Of a stretch of DNA of 64,000 nt, positions 48,470 through 59,066 are shown one piece after another. Position 1 is the stretch's first letter; every line of letters begins with the position of its first letter. The notes under the pieces were generated by a model. That model was not told where the DNA came from. It did no database searches and was given only the letters and a program-made list of their open reading frames with translations. The stretch lies in NCBI GenBank assembly GCA_024137785.1, contig JAHRHZ010000140.1, positions 30,671,687 through 30,735,686 on the forward strand. The letters run 5' to 3'. Source of the stretch: Ginglymostoma cirratum (lineage: Eukaryota). The translations under genes were made by a program, and so were the position numbers.

Positions 48470-48630
48470 AGCAAACAAAGATCTCCATTTTTACAGCACT
48501 TTTCACTGTTTCAGGACATCTCACAGTGCTTTACAGCCAATAAAGTGTTTTTGTATTGCAGTCACTGCGGTAATGTAAGAAGTGCAGCAACCAGTTTGTG
48601 CAGACCAAAGTTCCGCAGATAACAATTACA
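48470..48630 (-). mobile_element. DeuSINE-type SINE 3' part
   Basis: Minus strand reads ...cagtgactgcaatacaaaaacactttattggctgtaaagcactgtgagatgtcctga...gtgaaaagtgctgtaaaaat, an L2-type tail similar to 50255-50310. Confidence 0.65.
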
Positions 48631-48839
48631 TAAATTTGTATACAGCCTTAAACAACCTCATAGAAAATGAAATATTGTTTCAATACAATCATTGTTGCAA
48701 AGTCAGCAAATGAAATAACCAATTGGTGCCTAGTGAGAAATAACAGCTTGCAATTGTCGGTTGGTATGGCAGCATCTGCAAAGAAAGAAGCAAATGTAAT
48801 AGTTTAGGTTGATGACCTGACCTTTCCCCTTTGTCCTTC

Positions 48840-49115
48840 CCAGTGCACAGTAAAGTTCAACAAAGAAAAATAAGATAAATGACCAGATAATCATTTTTGG
48901 AACGTGGGCTAAAGTTATACAAAACACTGAGTGTATTCGTTTCTTTGTTTAAAAAGTACCTTTTGATCTTTTATGTGAAAGGGCTGGCAAGGTCCCAGTC
49001 ACATTTGGCCCTAACGATAGCACTTCTGACAGTACAGTACTTTGTAGTAGTGCATTGGTGGCCTGGATTAAATGATCAAATCTCAGGACTGGGGCTTGAA
49101 CCCAGGTTCTTTGAA
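48840..49115 (-). mobile_element. DeuSINE-type SINE 5'/central part
   Basis: Minus strand has B box gggttcaagccc, then gtactgtactgtcagaagtgc, cataaaagatc and gattatctggtcatt. Confidence 0.6.
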
Positions 49116-49859
49116 GTGCTGTCATCGAATCATCTAATATAGATACTGAAGAAGGATGAGCAGAACATTTTGATCATGTTCTTGCAGATGTTTTGAGTGT
49201 AATAGGACAAATAATTTATTCGAAGATATTTATTATGTATCACGGTAGCTCCTGGATGGTGCACAAATTTTTTGAAATTGGCCCAAAATAAGAGGATGGA
49301 AATTTTCTCCCTTGACAACTGTGAGGGATACAGATGAAATTAGTTTAATGGACCGAAACAGGTGGAGAGGAGGAGTGGCTCCCCAGCACAATGAAACCCG
49401 CAATTCTACATTGCTTGACACAGAATCGGCCATTTTATCCATAAAGGACTGTGTCAAATAAAATTGTATTAACTGGTGCAGGAGGACATCTGGGGTCAGA
49501 GTATATTTTTCAGAGTTTTTCCCTGTAGGTAACTCAGGCTACATCTCTAAGTTTTTGATGTTCATTATGCGCAGCAAACTATACTGATGCCTACAACCTT
49601 CATGTGCTCAAAGCTTATATAATTTAATTTAAAAAAAACAAACATGTAAAACTTTATAACACATTTTGAAGTGTAGTATTACATGCTATTAATTAAACTA
49701 AATTATTCACAATATTTTTCTTGAAGTTGATGCTATTTTAATTGCAGGCTGTAGGAAATCATGATCCTGGACATTGGAAACAATACACTCTGGAATTTAA
49801 AGTTGCAGATCTTATGAAGTATTGTAGAAACAGACAGCTTGGTCTAGACTTTACAGAGT

Positions 49860-50320
49860 AAGTTCTGCAGATGCGTGGTTGGAAAGAATATTGCAATTCA
49901 TGTTAAAGCATGCTGAATATAAATTCAAACTTGAGATTTTGAACCATGTATTCAATGTGATACAACAGCTTCCCATAACTGTATTAAAATCCCTGCCTGT
50001 CTCGCTCCTCCCTACTGATTTGTTGCTTGAAGCCACACAACCCTTTGAGACCTCCAGATTCCTCCCTTCTGGCCCCATCCTGTCCAATTTGCATGACTCT
50101 GCAATTGGCTGAGATGTTTTCAGCTGTCCAAGCCATAAGTTTTGGAATTTCCTTCATAAATCCCTCTGCCTCTCTTTTTCTTTTAGATGCATAGCTATTG
50201 TTTGCTTGTCTGAAAATCACTTCTTTAGTGTCAAACCTTATTCAGTTACCTCCGTATGAAGCACATTGAAATGTTCTATCGCATTGAAAATGCTGCAATA
50301 ATAGAAGTTACTGCTGTTGA
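49860..50320 (+). mobile_element. L2 LINE 3' end, decayed (upstream part uncertain)
   Basis: aaatccctgcctgtctcgctcctccct (KSLxGLAPP-like), attggctgagatgttttcagctg...ttttggaatttcctt (IGGRAFS..LWNSL-like), and tail aagcacattgaaatgttct...tgaaaatgctgcaataatagaagttactgctgttg. Confidence 0.7.
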
Positions 50321-50544
50321 ATCAAGCCATTCTAACCTGACAGCCTCACAATGCGGCTGCCTCTGTTGCTGTGCCCTGGGAGGTAGCAGCCCTGATTCCA
50401 GCCCTGAACCTGCCTCTTTTTGAGGTGAAAATACAGCAAATGGGCACCACTGGGACTGAGGTGGGATCACAGACTTGGGAAAATTTCTGACTCCTGATCA
50501 TCATCCCAAGGAAGAAAATCCATAACAAACAAACCATCTGAAGG

Positions 50545-51082
50545 GAGATGAAAGCAGAAAATTGCTGGAAATACTCAGCAGGTCTGGCAACGTGGCTGGA
50601 AAGAGAAATAGTTAACATTCCTCAGCGAGGACTGGGAATTTGGAATTTTCTCCAAGTCTACGATTATGCCTTCACCCTGGCAATGCCCGACTGTTCTATA
50701 TTCATCCTGAAGAGGCTGGATTAGGCTGGAATTGGGACTGTTACATCCAGTGACATTACCACCTTGCCATCAAGACTATTTTAAACAAAGATGCACATGT
50801 TGTATGTTAATAAAATTGTTTATCAAACAACACCAGCAGACCCCTTCAAATTGTGTAAATAACCTTCTACCAGTCTTTGTTCATTAGCTATTCTTGGGGC
50901 TTAGCCAAACTTTTATAATATGATCATTTGACAACCTCTGTGTTCACACATAAGGAGGCATGAAAGTCAGCCCCACTAACGCTACATTTCTCTCTCCACA
51001 GATACTGTATAACAGGCTGAGCAATACCAGGATTTTCTGCTTTTACCTCAGATTTTCAGCATCTGCAATATTTTGCTTTTTG
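50545..51082. mobile_element. Inverted pair of Penelope tails (50545-50620 minus, 50977-51082 plus) enclosing about 360 bp of unrelated sequence
   Basis: aaagcagaaaattgctggaaatactcagcagg...gagaaatagttaac is the reverse complement of tttctctctccacagatactg...gctgagcaataccaggattttctgctttt. A further tail piece is at 51190-51238. Confidence 0.7.
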
Positions 51083-51929
51083 CCTTGCTTGAAGATCTGT
51101 CCTCATGCGTTAAATATTCCATGTATATTTCTTTAAAAAATGGAAACTATATATGAAAATTGTTCAGTTTTCACAACCAATTAATAACTCTTTTGTTTGT
51201 TTTAATTTCAGCTTTCCAGCATCTACAATATTTTGCTTAGTAATAGCTCTTTCAGTCATTCCACAGTAAAATTCACTTTAAGCAGCACAGTACCAAATGG
51301 AATCTCCAATATCCTCCTTTTCATAAAATACTGATGTTCTCAGTGTGATGTGATGGTAGAAGATCCATGAGAAAGCCAAAGTATTTTTGCCCCGTGTTCC
51401 CAATGAAAAGAGTTAAAGATGGAGAAGCTTCAAACCTTTCAAAGATGCAGTACCTGTCAAGGCATTTTCATTCGGTTCCTACTAGTAACATGAGCTGCAA
51501 TGGGTGAATGGTCATTTTTGACTTACCAGCACCAAATAGCATGTTCTGTGCCAGGTAACACAAATTTTAATGCATTTTAAGAACAAAAAGCTGTGAAACA
51601 TGACAAACAGCTTGAACTCTGCACCGTTACTTCAACATGTTGAGGAAAGCTCGGAGAATGTGGAAGCAGGCAGCATGTAGTTAACTTGGATGAGGGTTAA
51701 CATTGTTGTTATCTGGTGTCTGATTCCAGTCACAGCACAGCAGTTGAGACTGTGCATCTGTGCCTGTATGAGAAATTTGTCATCTAGCGGCATGAGATAA
51801 GGTTAAAATGTGCTAGAAATGGAATCAGTTACCTTAATTAGATGCACCGGGAAATCTGCAATTATTCTCAAGCCCCTAGTGACAAGGTGCTATATTCCTG
51901 CACAGCAGAAGTCAGGCAATGTATTCTGT

Positions 51930-51944
51930 GTGCCTCCTACTGGA
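51930..51944 (-). promoter_or_regulatory. Candidate CTCF-binding motif
   Basis: Minus strand reads TCCAGTAGGAGGCAC, one mismatch to CCASYAGRKGGCRS. Weaker same-strand motifs are near 51778-51792 and 51870-51883. Confidence 0.35.
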
Positions 51945-54055
51945 CGATTCATGAAGCACATGTTCTCTCAGAGTCTGTGTTTAGCTTGTTCTTTCCTTGT
52001 TACAAAAGAAATCTGACAGGACAGAGAAAAGTAGCAAGTATTGTAACACCACTTGTTGTTTAAGAACTTAAGGAACAAAGGAAACAATATTTCAGATCTT
52101 ACTACAAATCAAATTTCAAACTCTGTTCAGGAAATTCTCTTCCACTGAATCCCTGAACCCAAATCTTTCATCCCCTTTTTTGTTGATACCATGTAGTCCC
52201 TTAAATATAATTAACATGCATAATTTAATGAGGTGCATTGCTTTCAAGAAAATGGCATATACGCCAGCATGGCCAAATTTAAAAATAGCCAGCATAATTT
52301 GGCACTAGGTAGTGGTAAAGTTTTGACAATAACTAATTTTTTACATAGTTTTAAAGATGCACTCCAGATCACTGAATCCTCCAGCACAATTAGACCAATC
52401 ACCATTGTTCGCTTTCCATGCAACAACTAGAACCATATAGTTTTGTTATTGCAAGAATGTTTTTTGGAAGTGACACCCAGCTCTCTTTAAATTATATTTG
52501 TATTATTTTCTATTCTCCTCGTGTTTATTTTCCTATTTTCTTTCTGCATGGTGTGGCTTCTCCTTTAAAGCATGCCTCGGCTGAAAAGTGTCATTTTAAA
52601 AATGGGTTATATTTGAATTTGTTTACCAAACTCACCATTGCCTGCTACTGATGCTATTTATGTTCGAAAAAGAACTACAAAGAGGAAGACTTTGCAGTTG
52701 AATCATTGATTATGTATGAAAAAACTTGTGGAGTAGGGCTGGTAAGGGGGAGGGGGAGGTGTCGAGGCAGGCTAAGAGCCTGCTGGAATCTGCATCAAAA
52801 ATAAATCTAAGAAAGGCAAGAAAATCTATCTGCAGTCTGGAGGATTCAAACATTGAGAATTGAGATAGAATGCACTGACTTTAAAGAAAGAAAGGTAAAT
52901 GATGCATTTTAAGTATAATACAGTCAAATAAAACGATAGTCTTTTTCAAAATAATAGCCTATTTCCCTGCCATTAAAAATAATATTATTACTGCTATCAG
53001 CTTTAATCAGGTTATATGATTTAAAATGAACCCAAATCATTCTCATTGTTCATAACGCAGGAATCAGAACCATAAACAAATTAATTGGTGCATCGAGGTT
53101 TTGACTGGGTCTTTTGGCCAGCACTAGCATTAACACCAGCAATGGGGACCCTCTAGATTTTTAGTGCCTGAGGGTGGAAAGCAATTATAAAAACATGACT
53201 CTCCCAGATCAGCTTTCAACTTCACCATGTCTCTGTTTTATTGATGGAAGACTGAGGGAAGATTCAAATCAACCATCTTTAAATTCTTTCCAGCAGCAAA
53301 GTGCCAAACTCATTAGCTTTTCCTCTGTAAATTATGGCACCTCTATCTTTTATTCAATATTTGCCTGTTTTTGTCCTTATGACTGTATAATTGCCTACTT
53401 AATGCATAATTTATCGTGTACAATTATAGATTTTTAAGTGTAACTAAGGATGACATTTTAGCATTGAAAATCTAAAATTCCAGAAAAAAATATAATTACA
53501 CACAATTATACCACACTTCCATTATAAAAATCTACACTTGCTGGTACATTTCCATAGCATAGATTTATAATATTAAACTTCTTTAGCTGTGCTTTTGTGA
53601 CTAAATTATATTTAATTATGCAATCAAAATGATATAAATTAGTTCCTGACACATTCTTCCTGAATTTTAATTCTCCTTAATTTAAAAATTGTAGATGAAA
53701 GAAAATGCATTCAGCAATCCAATTTTTCGTATACAATAGCCAAGCGCCTACATTGGTGACAAATACTCTATGTGTACAAGTATCTACAGTAATACTGCAT
53801 TTCCTGAAACGACTATGCGTTTTCGTCAATGATCCAAAGGAGTATTATGATTTATAATCATTTTAAATGAGAATTGATTATGCATCAGGTTGTATGTGAA
53901 CATTATTATACTCTTTTCTAGGTAATTCTGTTGACTTTCTCTGTCAACAAGAAAGCCAATGAGATATAAATTCTGGTGATAATCCATCATTACCTCAATA
54001 GGAATTATGAGTGATTGTTGTATTTATTCCAATAGTCCACAGAGAGAGAAATAAA

Positions 54056-54392
54056 AAGGCGATGGCCTAGTAATATTATTTCTGGGCTGTTAATCCAGAG
54101 ACTCGGGTAATATTCTGGGGACTCAGGTTCAAATTCTGCAGCAGAAGATGATGGAAATTGAATTCAATAAAAATCTGGAATTAAGAGTCTAATGATGACC
54201 ACAAATTGATTGTCAGGGGAAAAATCCATCAGGTTCGCTCATCCCCTTTATGGAAGGAAACTGCCTTCCTCACCTGGTCTGGCCTAAATGTGACTCCAGA
54301 CGTACAACAATGCGGTCGACTCTCAACTGTTAGGGGTGGGCAATAAATGCTGGCCTAGCCAACGATACCCTCAACCTGTGAATGAAAAAAAA
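54056..54392 (+). mobile_element. Full-length tRNA-derived SINE sharing its 3' tail with the 12003/47805 LINE family
   Basis: A-box-like gatggcctagtaa, B box ggttcaaattc (54126-54136), and tail gggcaataaatgctggcctagccaacgat...tgtgaatgaaaaaaa matching 12335-12400. Confidence 0.8.
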
Positions 54393-54399
54393 TTGCATT

Positions 54400-54618
54400 G
54401 TTTGCCATTCAATCCATCGCTTCAGCAGTAGGTCTGTGAAGGATCTGTCCATTTTGTCCCATTCCCCTGTAGTCTTCCAGCATTTCTTTTCATTTTCAAT
54501 TCCCTTTACAAAGTTACTCCTGAATCTGCTTCTGCCACCCTTGCAGACCACAGAAGAACTTGCTGTGTAAAAATGAATTTTCTCATGTCTCCTAAGGTTT
54601 TCTTTTGCCAACTTTACA
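54400..54618 (-). mobile_element. Decayed CR1 3' end
   Basis: Minus strand reads gagacatgagaaaattcatttttacacagc...gggtggcagaagcagattca...ggggaatgggac (FFTQR..RVVEA-like plus UTR). Confidence 0.65.
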
Positions 54619-55288
54619 TGAAATAATTAAAACAACAGAGTTTTCGTAACATTCTTACCCTGAGTTTAATCAATAAAACATTAGAATAACATGGAATAGA
54701 ACTTATAGCACAAACAGTGCCCTAGACGAATATCTAGAAGAGGTATTTGACTTGTCAGTGTGATAACAGAGGTTCCACATGCTACGGTTCCTTTACTTTG
54801 GAGCTTACCTTACTTACAAGTGAAGAGTGGAGTTAGGAGGTATACCCTTGGCAATGGTCCAATCTATAAATGGGAGGATATAAAAAGTGCTTCAAATGAT
54901 GTAATCAAGCTAGACATTTTAAACCATGATTCTAGGCTAAATGCAATTTGTAGTTTTAATCTATAACCTGTGTTAAGGCTGCAACTGTGTCATGGTGCAT
55001 GAGCAGTCAAAGCGCTGGCCTAGGATATCCCTCTTTAAGTGCATGGACAGGGCCACCAAAGTTTCCCTGGGGTTCTCTCACTTCTCCACAGCTGATACAC
55101 TCCCAGGACAATCTAAAAGCTGCATCTGTGCTTTCTTTTGGCTGCTAGTTGAATGATTTTGGGTCTTCTGCCATGCATTGTGCTGTGAGGAGCTTAAAAT
55201 TTTCTAACTTCCAGGGCAGAAGGAGGATATCTTCCTTTTCTGAGGGAGTCCAGCAAATTATGCTAAGAGAGATGATGACAAGAGAAGG

Positions 55289-55694
55289 CCTCCCTAACCT
55301 GCCCTTCCTCCCACCTATCCCCTCCGCCCACCTCAAGCCCCACACCCATCTCCTACCTACCAGCCTCATCCCGCCCCTTGACCTCTCCATTCTCCATGGA
55401 CTGACCTATCCCCCCTTAAATCCCCACCTACACTCACCTTTACTGGCTCCACCCCTGCCTCTTTGACCTGTCTGTCTCCTCTCCACCTATCTTCTTCTTT
55501 ATCCATCTTCTATCCGCCTCCCCCTCTCTCTGTATTTATTTCAGAATCCCCTTCCCCTCCCTCATTTCTGAAGAAGGGTCTAGACCCGAAACATCAGCTT
55601 TCCTGCTCCTCTGATGCTGCTTGGCCTGCTGTGTTCATCCAGCTCTACACCTTGTTGCCTCAGATGCTCCAGCATCGGCACTTCCTACTATCTC
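55289..55694 (+). mobile_element. Penelope 3' terminal repeat (second family), 14-bp TSD, with hammerhead-like motif at 55568-55597
   Basis: Collinear with 46553-46942. Contains CTGAAGA-A-GGGTCTAGACCC-GAAA-CATC. TSD atgacaagagaagg at 55275-55288 and 55695-55708. Confidence 0.92.
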
Positions 55695-55899
55695 ATGACA
55701 AGAGAAGGGGTCCATTTTGAATGTGCAGGTTAGAACAATGCAGTCAGGGCTGCCTGAGGAGTCTTCTTAAATAACTTATTACAGTTTCTGCAGTAAAGAG
55801 GTCAGTACAGCTCCAGAAAGTTGGGTTTGAAAAACATAGTCAAACAGCAATGTCACAGAAAGGTTGCAAGTTTTCTGCCTGGTAAGTATTCAGTGTGTG

Positions 55900-57187
55900 T
55901 CTGTTTGTAAAGAGTGAGATACATTGGAACTGACTGACGAGAAATATTACTTTCTGCTTTCTCATCTCGAGTTTAATGTCAATATTTTAATGCTAGGCTT
56001 AAGGCAAGGCAGGGTAACTCAGCAATGTGAAATACTTATTCAGTATCATGTAGGGAATTGTGGGTGCTTCCTGTGGCCTGGATAATCACAAGTGTAAGAA
56101 ATGTTTCCAGCTGCAAAAAGTTGAGCTTCAAGATTTGGATTTTGAGTAGTGGCTGGAATCGTTGTGGTGCATGCACAGAATTGAGAGCTACATGGATAGT
56201 ATATCTAACCAAGCGATCACACCACAGATTAAGACCAGGCAAGCAGTTAGAGAACGCATCTAGAGAGCTAATCTAGAAAGACTGTGCAAATAGTGCAGTA
56301 GCTCCGAATTCATTTCTCTCACTAACTGGCTTTCCATTTTGGATATTGATAAGAGTGATAGTACATCAAAGAATATAATGGGAGACATGGTGGTGACATA
56401 GCAAATGTCTCAGCTTCAAAGATGCAGGACGAGAGGTATGGAAGTTCAATAGTAGTGATGATTCGATAGTTTAGGGACAGACTGGTGTTTCTGCGGCTGT
56501 AGCCGTGATTTCAGACCATCTCCCTTGTGCCACGGTCAAGGATGTCACAGAGTAGCTTATAGACATCCTTTTGGAAGAGGGAAAGGAGTCAGAGGTCATG
56601 GTTGCACAGTGGCACCAATGATACAGACAGGAAGAGGAATGAAGTCCTGTAGAAGAATTTAGTGAGCTAGTAAGAAACTGAAAAGCAGGACCTCTGAAGC
56701 AGTAATCTCAGGATTTCTCCCATTTCCACGTGCTAGAGAGTTTAGAAATAGGGAGCTTGCATGAATGTGGATGGAAAAATGGTACAGAATGGATGGCTGT
56801 ATATACCTGGGACATTGGGATTGTTTTGGAGCAGTTGGGACTTGTAGACGGTTGTTGCCTTACACTTCAGCAAAACTGGGACCAACATCTTTGTGGGGAG
56901 ATTTGCTAGTGCACTGGGGGAGGATTTACACTAGCTATCAGGGAGATGGGAGATGGGAACTTAAGAGAGAATTCAGACAGGATAAAAACAAGGCTGATCA
57001 GGGAAGTAGAAAAGCTGTAAATGAAAATGGAAAGCAGCAGAAACAAATCCTGGAATCAACCAAGATCAAATTACAGAACAGTGTTAAAATGCAGAATTAA
57101 AAGCACTCTATAAAAATGCACTCATCTCACAAGACAGGTGAATCAATGGCACAAGTAGAAATAAAAGGTATGAATTAATAATTATAA
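55900..57187 (+). mobile_element. CR1 LINE 5' part (ORF1 esterase type and first codons of ORF2), decayed; 5' UTR may start near 55720
   Basis: HKCKKCFQLQKVEL...ESYMDS, gtgatgattcgatagtt-agggacagac...ttctgcggctg (GDSIVRGTD..FCG), ATVKDVTE, ggcaccaatga (GTND), VVISG, then LKALYKNA. Confidence 0.85.
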
Positions 57188-57310
57188 CAACAGAACCTGT
57201 TGAAGAAACTCAGTCGATCTGACAATGTCTGTAAAGAGAGAAATAGAGTTAATGTTTCTTGTCCGATGACTCGTCTTCAGAACAAAGAAGAAATGTCATT
57301 AGACTGGACA
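57188..57310 (-). mobile_element. Penelope tail with hammerhead-like motif (57280-57246)
   Basis: Minus strand reads gttCTGAAGAcgagtcatcggacaaGAAAcattaactctatttctctcttt-acagacattgtcagatcgactgagtttcttc. Confidence 0.75.
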
Positions 57311-58789
57311 GATTTGCCAACCATGTTCTGAACAGCGAGATGAGAATCTCACTAGTGAGCAGCAAGAGGCCTGGTTGCACAATTTGCAAGTCATTATTAC
57401 TAATCTTGCCTTACTGATAAGTAATTTCCTATTCTTCCACAGGCCAGATAGAAACTACATGGTGACATGTCCGAAGTGAAAGACAGTGTGGGTAGCTGGT
57501 GACTCCAGCTCACTGTTCTCTCCTCTGGACTTCCACCTTGGATGGCAGTCATCAACATTTCAGGGTTCAGTCCCTGGGCAGCGATGGTCTAGTTTCTCAT
57601 TCACTGTGTTGGCATTGGATGCATACGCTGCACCCTCATGTCACCTCTCCAAACCACTCTTAATACCATCGTGCACTTCAGTGTTCCATTTTGGAGCACA
57701 CTGGCACCTTTCATCGTAATGTTGCCAGGATACATTCTATGCAGGTGCCCGACTCATTGATTGGACCAGGGAGTACCTCAGGGGTCTTTGCTTCCTCTCT
57801 TTGTGCTTACTCACTTTGCACTTACTCAGATGTTCACAGCATTATTGCCTTGGCTTTTTGAAATTTGCTACATCAGCCTGAACCAGAGGCTAACAGTGCT
57901 TCTTTCTTACCTTCTGTTTTAGCACAGACACAAAGAGCAAGCCAGCTGGAGATGGTTAGCAGCAGTCATTGGTCAAAGGGGTGGAGATTTTGCTCTATGG
58001 CACTGTGCTATATCAAAAGCATTCATTAAGCATGTTCCAGCAGCACATAAGACATATGAGGTTGCAAAAATTGACCTTCTCCAAAAGTTGGACAGGAGGT
58101 TTAGTCCACAGTCAGATCAAGGGAGAAAGCCTACAATCAGGGTGTCCTGCCACAATAAGCCAAGGCAGTGTCCACTATTGGGCCAGGGGCTTAGACAAGG
58201 TCAGGTGTCTGCTTGTGGCAGCCAGGGTCAGCAGATCCACAACAGTATACTCTGGGGAGTGGGCCAGGGTTAGCACTGCGGGTCCAGTATAACCAGACCA
58301 GGGATTCATGGTATGCCAGTCTAGAAGCTGCACAGAAACAGGTCAGAAGCTCAGTCAATCATCAGTCAGGACTGCATCTCCGGGTCAGTCAGGGCAGTGA
58401 GCCACAGTCAGTCCTGGGGGTCTGTCCACTCAAAGGCAAGGGGGTTGATAAGGAGCCACTGCTCTGGTGGGAGACGTATGTGACTTGATTGCGGGGATTG
58501 GTCGCAGCATGCTGGAATACAGCAGTTATAATAATTACAAAGGGATCAACTGAACAAATAAGGTTGGGACAAGATAGAGCACAGAAGGGAGAAGGCTGAT
58601 CCAGGAGGCGTTGGGGATGGTGGGGGGTTGGAGTGGGTTTGCTGGGAGTCACTGGCAGTGACCATCACACTGGCTTCGATGGGGAGGGTGGGGTTCAGTT
58701 TATTGCTATGTCTGGCATGACTATGCAGTCTGCCTGGGGTTTGGGGGCAAAATAGGGAGATAAATAGTTAAATAAATGTGGGTGGGAAC

Positions 58790-59066
58790 ATGGCTCTTGA
58801 CTCTCCCAGGCTGACCTTTACCCTTTCCTTTACCTGTCCAACTATCATTCTGTCTCTCTGAGCTCCATCTCCACCTACTGTTTACTCCTCCCCCCTCCCC
58901 CAACTCCATCTACAGTAAATATACCAATCTTTTCCTTGCTGCAATCAATTCTGAAGAAAGGTCACTGGACCTGAAATGTTAACTTTTTTGCTTTCTCTGC
59001 ACAAATGCTGCCAGACTTGCTGAGTATTTCCAAAATTTTGCTGAAGACTTGCTGAGTATTTTTGCT
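58790..59066 (+). mobile_element. Penelope 3' terminal repeat (first family) with hammerhead-like motif at 58951-58983
   Basis: CTGAAGAaaggtcactggacctGAAAtgttaac...cacaaatgctgccagacttgctgagt, collinear with 5800-5982. Confidence 0.85.
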
